A stretch of 64,000 nucleotides of DNA from Lingula anatina (taxonomy: Eukaryota; Animalia; Brachiopoda). The DNA lies in assembly GCA_051362555.1 (NCBI GenBank), contig CM120640.1:1240001-1304000 (forward strand). Reading direction: 5' to 3'. Both the position numbers and the translations under genes were made by a program. Below are positions 37,149 through 50,297 of this stretch, piece by piece. Within the stretch, counting starts at the first letter, position 1, and every line of letters starts with the position of its first letter. The notes below the pieces were generated by a model. That model had not been told where the DNA came from. It did no database searches and was given only the letters and a program-made list of their open reading frames with translations.

Positions 37149-38490
37149 TACATATGTACCGGGGTATGACGTATTTCCATTTACATCTTACGGTCAATTA
37201 AAACATAACGGCAAATATTTGTGCAGACTTCGCATTCAATAAGGCAGGGAGATTTCAAATATATATAAAGGTATTGATATGTAATCCAATACAGGTTCCC
37301 AGATTCTTTATATGTTTAGTGATGTTACAATGTTATTATTGCCCACAAAGAAGCGGTATTGATATCGGCTGAGATGGCGGTTTGGTCTTCGGTGGGTTCG
37401 TGTGCTGTTTGTCGATCATAGGCTTTTCTATGGCTACGTCATACACCAAATCGTTACGTTTAACATATCAGTTAATGATAACTAGTGTTGTGTTACATTA
37501 ATGAGATTTAGCTTGGTGCTGTATATTTTATGAGTAGTTCATGATGTACCTGTTAAACCAAGAAATATCTATCAGATCATTGTTAAATAAATAAATAGCT
37601 CCGTTTAGAAATTTTGTTATGATTACCATATACGACCTTTTCCGTGCATGCAGTCTCAATTTCCAACCTCCACGAAAAGGATTTTTATTTATTCCAAATA
37701 GTATCAAATAGATATAACACCTTAGCATTTCATTTTTGTTTTTATGCCGATATACAATAGAGCTTTTTTTCATGTATGTTTCCATGCAGCAAAGATAAGT
37801 TGGACTTGTTAACATTTCATTTATACACCGCGTGACTTCACAACCCTGTTTGTTTGTGTTCAATAACTAATTTGAGAATTCCCATACCTGTTAACAAAAG
37901 ACGGTCAATAAACCGATCAACAACCTTTTGCTCCGACTAGAATTTAAGGGGAGCGCTGCATTTCGACTTTGCTTTAATACTTAAAAATCTTCACCATAAA
38001 TATAGGAGAGAATTCTTGAAGTTTAAAGATTAACATGAATATTGTGCAAAAAGAACATTTTCTTTCAGTAATTTTGAGTGCTTTTAAGGAATGTTACTAA
38101 CTTTTCTCTTTTATCTGTATATCCGTCCCCTGAACGATATTTTGATGAAGTAAATCAATGACCCCGTTCATGGTTACGTTGTGTTAACAGTGAAGATTTC
38201 GGTCATTACCTCCTGTGTTCAACAGAGGACATAGATCTGATGGCAAACAGAGGCACGGAGGGAAATAGCCAGGAATATGTCCGTGAACTGGAGAGCTCTT
38301 TTTGCTCAAGTGTCATCATGTTTGTTAAATCAGTTTCCTACGGTTCAAGAAAGGCCGCAGCACAGTAAATGCTGCGTGGAGAGGAAATTGAAGGGGCGCA
38401 GTTTTCAAGTTTCGAATGGCAGGTTGTATTGGACAAGATGTACTGGCTAAAGTTAACTAAACCTTAGACAGGAGAAAATACTGTTAAGAA

Positions 38491-39918
38491 ATGCCGCTTA
38501 CAAGGAGGTTGAACACTCAATCCAAAAACGATATTTATGTCCAGAAACGCAACATAGCAGAAGATCACAGGTTGCAGAAATTTCTGGATGACATGGCTCG
38601 TAGAAAGGTGCTTATGTTAGCCAGATCTAAAGATCAGATAGAGTCCGTCAAGATGACTTTCAAACCCATACAAATGACGTCGGGACATTGTCCTCTGGCC
38701 AGACCACCCTCATCTCCGCGACGGAAAATAAGCCAAAGGCAATCAGAAAAGAAAACCGTGTTATCAGACCCTAGTTCGCGTGAAAAATCAAACGAGTCGA
38801 CAGATGCTGAGGCGATAACGACGGTGCTCCCGCCACCGGATTTGACTACAAAAGAAGTTACTGTTAGTTTCACTTCGGACGATACCGGAAGACCCGATAC
38901 GGTCACAGAAGGAAAGCCTTTTGCGCCTCCAGACAAACAACAGGGTTATTCACCTACTGTTCGCTTACCGAGTGTTTTTAGTACCGCTAAATTCTTAATG
39001 TCTAATTTAAAACACAGCCAGGACAATTCCACTGAGATTGGTGATACAAACAGCGATCCGCCGGATTTGCCGGATGCCAGCCGATCCTCAAGCCCGCTCA
39101 TTATTCCTGAGGACGACCTTGAGTTGACGTGCCTGGACGAGGCCTGTCTTGATTCCTCGGAGCACACTGTCCCGGTGATAAACTGGAAAAAGATCTACCA
39201 GAAAGAAAAAGAAGCCAAGCAAGAAATGAAAGCAAAAATGAAACGCGAAGAAGATGAGAGGAAGCGACTAGAACAGGAAGAGGAAGTGAAAAGACAGCAG
39301 CTTGAAGCTGCTAAGGCAGATGATAAGAAGGAAACGAAGAATAATGTCAAAGAAGCAAAAGAAAACGAGGAGCAGAAAAGTCCCCTTCTTCCTTATTCAA
39401 TAGCGTTATTTGCCTTTTCCTCTTTTGGGCAGCGAAAAGACACCCAGCAAACTGCCCCAGTAAACAAAGCGGAGGAGCAGACTCGGAGGATTTCTACGGA
39501 GCAGATTGAGAAAGAACGCGCTCGTTATTTGAAAGAAGCCCAATACACCCTTCGCAATAACTATATCGATAGCGGAAAGGGACGCCTTGACGACGCTCTT
39601 GCTTCAAAGAAACGCTGGGAGAGAGAGTTAAAAATTGAAGTTCCCTTGGGACTCATCGGTAGGAAGGGAGATTTGGCTCAAGATATACCTTTGTCTAAAG
39701 TTCGTATTCAAAGAGAGTTGAAATTACTGGTAGAACAAAATCAAGCTCATAGTAAGGCCTTTGAAATCAACAAAGCCAAAAAGAAAATTGATGAAAGAAT
39801 GTCGAAGTTCTGTTCTCTTTCACCTGCCCTTCCTGGCCCTCGTGGCGGTAGAGACAGCAGATCAGCAAGATCACCCTTCAGAGCGCCATCACGCTCAGCG
39901 TTTCTACCCAGAAAATGA
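38491..39918 (+). CDS. Uncharacterised protein, paralog 2 of the cluster (475 aa)
   Basis: Uninterrupted ORF with KRNIAEDHRLQKFL...TSG at the N-terminus and PLSKVRIQREL...IDERMSKF at the C-terminus, plus a central charged coiled coil. Confidence 0.85.
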   Translation: MPLTRRLNTQSKNDIYVQKRNIAEDHRLQKFLDDMARRKVLMLARSKDQIESVKMTFKPIQMTSGHCPLARPPSSPRRKISQRQSEKKTVLSDPSSREKSNESTDAEAITTVLPPPDLTTKEVTVSFTSDDTGRPDTVTEGKPFAPPDKQQGYSPTVRLPSVFSTAKFLMSNLKHSQDNSTEIGDTNSDPPDLPDASRSSSPLIIPEDDLELTCLDEACLDSSEHTVPVINWKKIYQKEKEAKQEMKAKMKREEDERKRLEQEEEVKRQQLEAAKADDKKETKNNVKEAKENEEQKSPLLPYSIALFAFSSFGQRKDTQQTAPVNKAEEQTRRISTEQIEKERARYLKEAQYTLRNNYIDSGKGRLDDALASKKRWERELKIEVPLGLIGRKGDLAQDIPLSKVRIQRELKLLVEQNQAHSKAFEINKAKKKIDERMSKFCSLSPALPGPRGGRDSRSARSPFRAPSRSAFLPRK

Positions 39919-40244
39919 TGACATAGAATTCAAACATTTTCGATAATCGTAAAGGACCATTCAGTGCCCTTTCTGGGATAAGTAAACATTATTCCTGTCC
40001 AATCATACCACGAGACAATGCAATATTCTATTCATGACTGCGTTAATAGAAATCAGTTTTATACTCAAGGCTCAGGGGAACACATTATGTCATTTACTAC
40101 AATTTTTAAGAATAATTTTAAGCAATCGCTAACAGTTCCGGTTATTTGTTTAATTCCTTCATAAAGGATCTTTCTTACTCGGTTTATAACAAGTTTAGTG
40201 ATAGAAATGTCTGATACAGAATCTAGAAACCATCAAGAAAATGT

Positions 40245-40353
40245 GCTGGTAGGGGTGGGGTGGAGTAGGGGTGGGGTGGAGTAGAGGTGGGGTGGAGTAG
40301 GGGTGGGGTGGAGTGGGGGTGGGGTGGAGTAGGGGTGGAGTGGGGGTGGGGTA
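40245..40353. repeat. G-rich (GGGGT/GGAGT)n tract with G-quadruplex potential
   Basis: Many consecutive G-runs separated by 1-5 nt. Confidence 0.85.
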
Positions 40354-40806
40354 GAATATCGGCGCTTCTGTACATAATCAGCACATCAGTCATCGTATAG
40401 CATAGAACATCTGTCCTTGAACCCACAACACTGCAATATACAGTCAATGACACGAGTAAAGAAATAACGAGGGTAATTGATTACCAATTAGTGCCCGGTT
40501 GACTCTGAAAACATTTACTCGACGCCAGTGCTTGTTTATAAGCTACTAAGACGGTAAAACAGCTACCTTTGTGTTACACGTGGAAGCAGATCTGATCGAC
40601 CACCTGTTTTTGTCAGCAGTAAATCCGGGCGTCTTTCAAGTAAACGAAAGGCTCAGTACTGGAAGTTTTGGAATTTTCACCAATCAGTCGATCTTTTACA
40701 TCTTCAATTTTAAATCTTAATGGTGCTTCTATTTAGGAAACATACTAGACAGAAAATATGCATCTTATCTGTGTCTACGCAGCAGAAAAATATAATCTCT
40801 AGTTCT

Positions 40807-40980
40807 ACCGATGTGACAGGAATGGTTGTCTGCTAGGAACCGTTGTCTGTTTCCTATTACATTGCACAGGTTACATTCGTCCCATATACTTATCCCAAAA
40901 CTCCTACTCACCCTAACCTGTACTAATCGTATTGGACACCGCAATTCCATTCCTAGGACTACCATTCCTGTCACAACGGT
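40807..40980. mobile_element. Small MITE-like element with imperfect TIRs and an internal CCCTAACC motif
   Basis: ACCGATGTGACAGGAATGGT at the left pairs with ACCATTCCTGTCACAACGGT at the right. Confidence 0.55.
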
Positions 40981-41544
40981 TCCAGAGGCCAGTTCGGTGA
41001 TGACGTCATTTCTGTGCCAAAAGTAGTACAGAAATGTGCACAGAATTAGTCAGGAAAAATATCTGTGGATATCTACGGAAAAAATTCTCTTTTGCCCTGG
41101 TAGAGGGTGTTGAAAATACAGACTGTCAGCGACTGATAGTCACCAAAATAATATACTAAGGCCATTTTGAAACACAATCTGTTGGAAATCTATCACCGCA
41201 ACTGCATTCGGCGTAAATTTATTCATACGCTCATTCTAGACAAACATTTGAAGACTACACTAAGTTTTCAGGGCCTTTAATAAAGGGTTTTAATTGTTTA
41301 AAGGGTTTATGGCTAAGCTGCTCGTGCTACTTTCATTGTTAAGAGTCAAGACAATTTCATATTGACTTATGTCGTCTTTCTCCATCATTTGAACAAACCT
41401 GGTAGATATAGAAAGATACCAACTTGTCGCTTATGATTTAGTTGCAACAGAAAAAACAATGAAGGTGCGTTGGAATTTAACAAACATGTTTAACTTTCGA
41501 AATGTATCTCTTTTTTGAGTAGTAAACGGTAAACAAATGTAACT

Positions 41545-41545
<1 letters not shown>

Positions 41546-41586
<41 letters not shown>

Positions 41587-41677
41587 TTTTTTTTTGTTTT
41601 CTGTATTGACTTCATCAATATGGATTGATTCTGTCCTCAGGTCCGTTGAGAGTTGGTGGTTAAGATGGGACTCACTC

Positions 41678-41725
<48 letters not shown>

Positions 41726-41940
41726 TGATGATTTCGCTAATATACTTCGGATGTTCACTATAAGTTTAAATAAAAGAAAAATTAATCAGTGTATTAAAAA
41801 ACAATTAAAATCTCTTTAAGCGCCTCCTATTTCATTCCTCTAAATGAAACATTCCTTCTGATAACACTGCACTAAGAATTATCTATTTTTTTAAAGAAAG
41901 GGATCACTTCAAAAGAAGAACAATATCTATTTCGCAAATG

Positions 41941-41973
<33 letters not shown>
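41546..41973. repeat. Microsatellite cluster: poly(T), (AAT)n and (ACT)n
   Basis: Poly(T) at 41546-41600, (AAT)n at ~41679-41721 and (ACT)n at 41941-41973. Confidence 0.9.
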
Positions 41974-43714
41974 GAAACATTTTCTGTCTGATTTAAAAAC
42001 CAGCTAATCTCGTTCTATCTTAAAATGTGTACAGAGTATTTTTGGCCGTGTCATACGTGTCTCACGGACTCTGCCGCCCACAGATTTCTGTGACAGAAAC
42101 ATAACAACAGCGTTTGTTTTCATACGGAACTTGATACGTGTAGGACATCAGTGAGATATTGAGGATAAAAATACGCCTTCACACTCTTCACAACTGTACC
42201 CCGAGTTGTAGCCGAGGGATTGTTTGCATTTAGCAGTACAGATCAAATGAACAGGTAAACGGATATATTATACCCCCAAGAAACCAATCTCATGTCACTT
42301 AATACACCAATAAACTTAACCTGCCGAACAGGATTTAACAGTAGGTCTTATAAAATTTGCTGAAGAGAGAACAAGCACGCTCTTTGTGTGTGCACTAAGT
42401 CGATATTTAACAAACAAACATATTACGTTGTTATTCAGATTCTTGTCAAGCAAAGCCCATCACTAACTAAACGTCTCAAGTGTCACATAATTTGTTGCAT
42501 TGAGTGCATCATTGAGCTATTAAAACATGACAAGTGTCGGGACTTTCACAGCAGGAGGGATTTGGGCAGATGATTTTTGTCCATTTTTGTGCCTATATAC
42601 AGATAGTAAAAGGCACACCTATTGGTGTCTCAGAGTCCGGTGAACGAGACGCGGTTGTTCAGCTTGGGAAAGCACACACTTGGGCTGTTCAATAAAAGGT
42701 AATTTGATACAGCGGCAGTCAACGGGTGATCTTCGTGTATTTGGACAGTTATCACTTTCATTTTGTTTCATCAAACAGGATAAGCGCGTAATTGGATTAC
42801 TGTTTGAAAAAGAGAAAGAAAGAAATGACATAACAGAACTCATTATTGGATCGCAGTTAAATGTCCTTTAGGGCGATGTTTTCGCTCTTAAGTCGCCTAT
42901 CAGAATTCACTTGAAGGACTTCATGACCAGAACAGAGAACTTGAGAGACAAAATAATCTATTCTGACTCTGGGTAAGTCGGGGGCTTTTTGTTGTGTGTC
43001 CTGGCAACGCCAAATGTTGGACTGTCGCTAGGAAATCTCGAGACGCAGTTTTGAATGGGAAAGTGTTTTTAAAGATCGATTAATCATATAAAAACAATAC
43101 TCTGGTAAAGAAAACAAGACGTCACGTGAAACTCTGGCAGTGCGTGGAAGTTAAATTACCCGGAAAGTGTTTTATGACTCAGAGAAAGCCGTATTGATTC
43201 TTAGCCACTGACAAGGAGGGGCTATAGACTGGGGACTAAACCTGTGAAATTGACTAAACGATTATGTTCACTTAGCAAACAATGACACCACATTGCTTTC
43301 TTGGTAACAGTTTTAACTATACGCCGTATGGACTATTGAGGCTATTGATTTCCAGTCGGTAATACTTCGTTTATGGCTTAATTAACCATTACCTTGAGAA
43401 CCGCCTGTGAGCAGTCGTAGCGCGATCACAAAGACAAGAAGACGTGGGGGTGTTACTGAGTCCCCAGGGTGTCTCCATGCCCGCATCGGAGGTTTTTTCT
43501 TCGGTCATTTTTCTTCGGTCTCAGAATTGAGAGTCATTTTACATAGGGGACAAAAATACTGTGATGTTAGGAACGCCTGTTTCAAGTCATGTCAATGAAA
43601 CAGATGGTGAACACTGAATGAGCTTGACTTACCCACGGAGTATATCTCACACGGTATTGCGTTAATATTCAAAAACGATTTTAAAGGAATATTTTATTGA
43701 AAACACCACCAAAA

Positions 43715-44737
43715 ATGAATGGGTGGGTAAGCACCCAGAAGGGGTACATGAAAGCCCGGAACCCAAAACCTAAATCATCTGAACTCAGCAAAATTCGGAA
43801 GCGCCTCCCCATTGCCGCTCACTGCAAGAGAAGCGTCCATCAGAAGAGCTTCTCTCTAGGGCAGGGCGCCTACTCCTGCACGACCGACCACGAATTCTTG
43901 GCTTACGTTCTCAACCGCAACGCCACTTCTCAGTTGGACCGGGTGTTAAAACAGACATCTCGGGAGGAGGTCAGCTACCAGAGGTTTCACAGGAGGGACA
44001 TTGAGAAGACCCACGAGCGGTCAGAGAGGCTCGGTCTGTCCCACCATGAAGTAGCCGAGGGTGGACACACGGCGGCGTTACCCGGAGCACTAACAAGAAG
44101 GGCCAGCATGCCGTCTTTGACTAGACAGCATTCCTTTGCCTTGGACGGGGCAAATGACATTCCTAACCGTTGTAAATCCGGTGGACCGACATCCAGGGGT
44201 ATTGCTAGATCTAATAGTGAGGGATTCAGTGTAACAGAGGGTCAAAGACGAGCATCTACAGCACTACCGCGCTCACATTCAACATTATGTCCCAGGGCAG
44301 CGAAAAAGGACGAAAGAGAATCTCCCGAAGGTTTGGCCATATCTGCAGTAGAAGAAATAAACTCTCCTGCTGCTACCACCTATCTTCTACCAACAGTCGG
44401 TAGGATATCCCGAACCTCGACCAATAAAGAAAAGGAGCCGCCACAACCCGCAAAATCCCCGTCTAAGAAAGTACGCCTCTCAAAGCAAAACGATAGCTTC
44501 TCATTAGCAAAAATTGACCTAGCCCTAGACTCAAAGGTAAAAGGGTTTTTGACTCAACAAAGAGCGTTTAACAAAGACCATTCTCTGCCAAAGGACATAA
44601 TTGCCAAGACGGAGCAATCACGAAATAATTGTCAAGTAGTTTTAGCGGAGAAATACAAAATGTCTTCAATTGCGCGAGAAGTGCGGAAGAAGCTAGGGCT
44701 GGACAAACCGGGCCGAAAACTGTGGGAAATTCACTAG
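43715..44737 (+). CDS. Uncharacterised protein, paralog 3 of the cluster (340 aa)
   Basis: The first in-frame ATG is at 43715. Motifs LAYVLNRNATSQLDRVL and LDSKVKGFL are present. A candidate upstream donor lies at ~42973. Confidence 0.8.
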   Translation: MNGWVSTQKGYMKARNPKPKSSELSKIRKRLPIAAHCKRSVHQKSFSLGQGAYSCTTDHEFLAYVLNRNATSQLDRVLKQTSREEVSYQRFHRRDIEKTHERSERLGLSHHEVAEGGHTAALPGALTRRASMPSLTRQHSFALDGANDIPNRCKSGGPTSRGIARSNSEGFSVTEGQRRASTALPRSHSTLCPRAAKKDERESPEGLAISAVEEINSPAATTYLLPTVGRISRTSTNKEKEPPQPAKSPSKKVRLSKQNDSFSLAKIDLALDSKVKGFLTQQRAFNKDHSLPKDIIAKTEQSRNNCQVVLAEKYKMSSIAREVRKKLGLDKPGRKLWEIH

Positions 44738-45502
44738 GTGGAATCATTGTACCAGCTAATGGCAGCTACTGTTCTTTGTTCTTGCAAGGATTGCACGAAG
44801 AATAACCAAGCATGTGTGCCAAAAATCCCTGTTCCTTGTGCTCCGTGTTTTGTCTGTAACCATTCTGATATCCTTTGTGACATTCGTGTGTATACGGCTG
44901 CATTGCCTTATTGATCGAAGAAACAGTTACTTTTTCTGACTTAATTGTAACATAGTATACATTCTAGGGCTTTTAGACCAAATATTCTAGCACGTACACG
45001 TTTTTACTTCAAATATCTTTGTTTTTTGTTTTCAAACAGCCGGTGTTAGCTTTAGAGAAACAAATATTATTCTACGTTGCTTGGTATATGCTTTTGTTAG
45101 GTATTTGATTATCAGTAAATGAAGGTAATTGAAAGGCCTGTTCAACAAAGAAAATAACATTATATATTGACATGAGACTTAAGGTAAAGCCATTGTTGAT
45201 AAAGTCTCACGGAAATTAACTCTTTTTTCCTACTTTTTACTCTTTTTGAACGAATAGCATGCCTTGGGGCCCTTGAAAGAAATTGCAACAGTTTTATGTG
45301 TCTTTTGAATCGGGGCAATCAATAGATAGATATTAGAAAATTATAAGGAGGTCACCATTGTATTTTTTTTCTTTTTTTTAATGGGCGGGGGGGGGGGGGG
45401 AGCGGAGGGCTTTATTCATTATAAAAATGTATATTGCTGGGGGAGATTCACCTGTGTAAAAGATAAAACCATTTAGATATCATTTCCACAAACATCTTTG
45501 TG

Positions 45503-45506
<4 letters not shown>

Positions 45507-45588
<82 letters not shown>

Positions 45589-45690
45589 GAACGCATGATG
45601 TTACTGTAACCGATGGTTTCATGGATGTTTTTATTTACATAAAATTTATTTACATGAAAACACCAATCTGCTGACATCTTCAGGCATAGG

Positions 45691-45742
<52 letters not shown>
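45507..45742. repeat. (TA)n and (TG)n microsatellites
   Basis: (TA)n at ~45507-45585 and (TG)n at ~45694-45742. Confidence 0.95.
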
Positions 45743-45747
<5 letters not shown>

Positions 45748-47401
45748 GTTATATTGTATATGTTGTACTATCAATATCATAGGGACTAATATCTAAATTT
45801 TTTATTGGACAAAACATAAACACATGCATTATTTGTGTATTTGTCTACACAGATTTCACGCCTGGGTTCAGAAATTCAATAAACATACGTATGATATGGT
45901 GTCAAAAGTGTTGGAGAGGTCTCTTCTGGTCATTTAATTCCGTGATTGGAAACCCAATACCGCCGGTTATTGATCAGTGCTCAAGTGACTTGGGTCAGAA
46001 GGTGGCACTGGAACTGAAGATTTCATTCTGTCGATTTGAAAGTCTGGCATAGGCATATCTTTTTATTTGGCCAAATGCCGGACAGAAAGTTGCCCAGACT
46101 TTAAAAACTGATTAACTGAGGAAAGCTGGTTAAATATATTTATATCGGTGAAAGATGTACCTGTGTAAGCTGATCAATAAATGAAAATTGGCAAAATACA
46201 GAATGGTAAAGGGAAAGAGGAACTTGGATTTTGACCCTGGCAATAAGATAAAATATTTCAAAAAATATCTTAGAAATTATACTTTGAATTCGAGGTTAAT
46301 ACACCATTTTGACATTTAAAATTTTCATCCATCAGATAAACAGTTCTTTCTGAAAGTTCAAAGCTCTACGGTATAGTTTTTACTGAAACGTTTTATTTAA
46401 AGATATTGTCTCTAAAATAATTAAAAGAGAAATATCACGTCACATGTTGTCCAATTTTCTTACATAAAACAAAATATTGCTCACAACAGCAGCAAATTGA
46501 GCATATTTTAGAATTTAATGTACTTAATCTACAAAAATGACCCTGCTCCAATTCATCATCTAATTCAGATCTGCCATAAGTCAATATATCACTTTGATAA
46601 TCTTTTATTAGTAGTATTTTGAAAAGAGAAATACAAGAATTACACGATTGTTACACAGGTAAAGATACAGGTGTATAAGCTTCCATCACCGTCACACAGC
46701 CGATTACTATATAGATCTCTATCAATCCGAACAAATAACCTCAGGATTGATTATTTTAACCTTAAAAAAGACCGTTCGATCTATTATGGCTCATTATACT
46801 GATTGATTTTTGGATCAAAGCGGCCACGGGATGTTGAATTGCGTCAACATCTGTATCTAAGGTGTCGTGAGACCAAGTGAAGTGATCGGCCTGGTTACCT
46901 GTAACATTAAGTAACGTAGTTTTTGACATATGTTATAACCAGACGGTGAAGCAGCTGACCGACCTGAAAATAACACTGCAGTAGACATGACCAATACTGG
47001 CAATCATGAAATGATGGGGCGAGATTTGAGTGGACGGTACCTGACATTGGTCATCAGAGAACCTGGCACCTGTCATTAAATTATGGGTCTGAAGAGGTGA
47101 TAGATGTAATCACAGCAGTTTTCTAAAATGGTTATTGAAGAAAACAGCAGGCTGCGCCAAATCACGCACACAGACTCAGGGAAATCGTCATTATAACTGG
47201 CTTTCACTGGTTGTTAATACATCATAGCAGGAACTTCATATTCTACTTATCGGCAATGTGCATATTATATTGGAATAGTGCCACGGTAACGTTAAATCAC
47301 TGTGTGCAATAATCCAGAATCAATAGAGAAATCTTGGGACCTAGAAACCGAGAGTAGAAATAGAATCTTGACATTCTGCAGAAGAAATTACAACAGCAAA
47401 G

Positions 47402-50297
47402 ATGTTTTTCTTGGTAAGTGGGATTTTTCTGTAATCACGGATTTGAAGGCAAAACGTTATATGTGTTATACGCCATATCTTTTGATTTATAGATTTAAAA
47501 AATTCAAATTAAATAATATTCTATATCGATTATTGTATGTGATTATATAAAATGCAACATTAATTAATTTAATAATTATAAACCACAGAATAATTGAATC
47601 AGAATGCAAGAAAATTATGTTAGCGCAGTACGTTTCTAGAGGGTCATTTCTTTACCTAGAATAGTGATCTTTCATAAATATTGCTCACTCATTTTATTCA
47701 TAATCGTGCTGTTATGCCACTAACAACAGGAGCTGATGCAATGGGAAAATATGAAAATATCCGCAGTTTTTTTTTTCCAGTTTGGACTACTCAGTAAGTC
47801 TCTACCTCTCCATCACTTTTTCAAACAAACATATTGTGTGGCAAAGAGTCAAGAGTCGTCGGTGAAGGAATTTAAGCTTTTAGTTTTCTTTGTGGTTATT
47901 TTCTTTTAAAAGCATCTAAATCTGCTTTACCGTTGTTAGCCTGAATAAGGAGTATTTACTGTATTTAACTTCGAGTTAACATACTTCGTGTATGCTTTCT
48001 TTAAAGAAATATACGTATTTACTTTTTTCTCTCCCGACTTAAGCCAAATACTTTTAATAGTCTGCCTTTACTGGTCAAATAAAAGTGCATTTAGATCTTA
48101 GCTTTTAAAAGCATGCATGCTGAAAATAAATGGGGATTCGCAATCATGAAGACAGCTAGTATAAATACTGTGTTATATTTACTATTACATTTACATTTCC
48201 ACGCAAGGGGCACCTTATCTATTCATAGGCACGGCGTTATTTGAGAATTGTAACAGATTAACTACCACAAGTATCATCTACTTCACCATACTTTCAACAA
48301 ACAGTTTGCGTTAAGGGGCATTACATAAGTATATCATCAAGATTTTGTGTACAGTTCAGATTAAACGACTTTCAACGCAGATTCACTTTTCTTAAAGTAT
48401 CGCGCTTGAAATAAACTACAACTCCCCCACGTGGACCTAATGGAAGGACTTTTTATAATCTTTTATGAGTGAAACCACACAAACGCTGTGACATGCATTA
48501 TAATTGTTATGATATTAATCACCTGACATGTGTTGAAGGCACAACAACACCCAAACCCAATGAATCGAAGCTAATGGACAATAAAGCACCATATATTTAA
48601 TTGAGTCAATGTGGACCGACAAAATGTGTGGAAGTGAAAGGTGAAAACGCGGACAATTGTTGACACAATATTTGCTCAGTAGCTGCCATAAGCAATGCAA
48701 ACTTCTCGACACGAAATAGGGAGAAAATAGAATAGTCTAAATAACCAGTTCAAATCTGGCGTGGATGGAGTAGCGGTAAGGGGGACGGGGTCTGCTTGGG
48801 AGGTCGTTCTTGAGATATAACACGTTTGATTTTATCAGTTTATATGTACTTTTAGTTTTCTGCACACCAGAGACTCTCAAAAGATAATTAGACTTTGGTG
48901 TTTAAAGTGTGGTAATACTTGATAACGGGATAAGTATAGGAATAATTACGAGTCAAAGGATGGTATTATATGCCATCAAAAAGTATTGGAAATCCTATGA
49001 CTGATCTTCACATTGGTTGACTCTCTCTTTTTTCCTGTAGGTGAAGGAATGTAAGCCACCGCGCTACCCCGTGCCCGAGAAGACGGCAGACGACATGTCC
49101 AAAGGTCAAAATAATTCGTCGAAAGCCAAAAAACATCCCGACGCGGGAACGTGGTATGACGGCGACTTAAAAGACAACGATGACGAAGTGGTTGTTATAC
49201 CGTCTCCCAAAGAAGAGGCGGCATTTCGTCAGGCAGAAAAGGATAAAGATCTTAATTTACCGTATAAACGAGACATGTACTCCCTCAAGTTGCCTTTACC
49301 TCTATTTTTCTGGAGCGACAGAGAGCGTGAAGCGCACGTGCTTAATCAATGCGAAAATGCTAAATTTGGTAAGCTTATCAGGCACTTTCAAGAGGAGAAA
49401 AACATGAATACGAGACGTTTACGACTCGAAGCAAAACTTGTCAGAAATCAGGCCTCAAAGATTTTTCCAAATTTTTATGCACCGGATCTTGCTAAGCGTC
49501 GGACGGAATCGGCGCCGCCGTTGTCGCCAAAAGAGAATAGAAGTAGAACCCCAAAACGACCAAAAACTTGTGTTGCCAGGGAGGGCACGCGATCACTATC
49601 CCCAGAACAAACCAGTGAAAGTGATAATAACGAAGACGATGATGAAATAGACCCATTTATAGCCGAATTCAATACACTGTTTAGTAAACCGGAGGCAGAC
49701 GAAAGTTCGGAAGTATCTGGCGAGGCTTCGAGTTCAAGCGTAAAGGGCGGGAAATGTTGGAGGACCACCCCAAGCAGTACTCCTATTGTAACACCTTCTC
49801 CAAAAAATGCACGAGTGGCTTTTTCAAATCCCGGCACTGGCAGGCCAGCAAGAAGCCAATCTGCGTTTGCCGTGAGAAAAGAACGCTCATACAAGAAAAA
49901 TCCCGAGGCCGCAAGATGTCAGTCCGCCGTACCATCTTCCAAGACGGGCAACTCCCTAGATTCCAGTTCACCGAGACCTGACGTTCATCCGATAAAGCGG
50001 TCCTTACACAATCGAAGACCTTCCTATCACGATCCGATAAAAACTGCATATTTGCTCAAACAAGAACTACGCCGGAATACAAGACGACGACTGGTGGAGT
50101 CTCCCAAACCGGAGTTTAACATCAAACAAGAGGTGCAGAACGAAAAATCAAAATTTAAGAATATTCAGGAAAAGATACATGTTTATGTTGAAAACTTGAA
50201 AGAATTTCAAAAACCCCAGCTGAACAAATGGTCTGTGAAAGATTTTGAAAGCAAGTTAAATTTACAAGATAAGGTGGAGGAAGTTGCATCCTCATAG
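47402..50297 (+). CDS. Uncharacterised protein, paralog 4 of the cluster (~400-422 aa)
   Basis: The main exon 49041-50297 follows a strong acceptor (TTTTTTCCTGTAG). ATG TTT TTC TTG|GTAAGT at 47402-47413 would splice in frame (MFFL-VKECK...); otherwise translation starts at ATG 49095. Motifs EAHVLNQCENAKFGKLI and IQEKIHVYV are present. Confidence 0.8.

Noticed and set aside
48758-48820. tRNA/SINE-like box A (TGGAGTAGCGG)
   Set aside because: There is no convincing box B or cloverleaf, so it cannot be supported as a tRNA or SINE.
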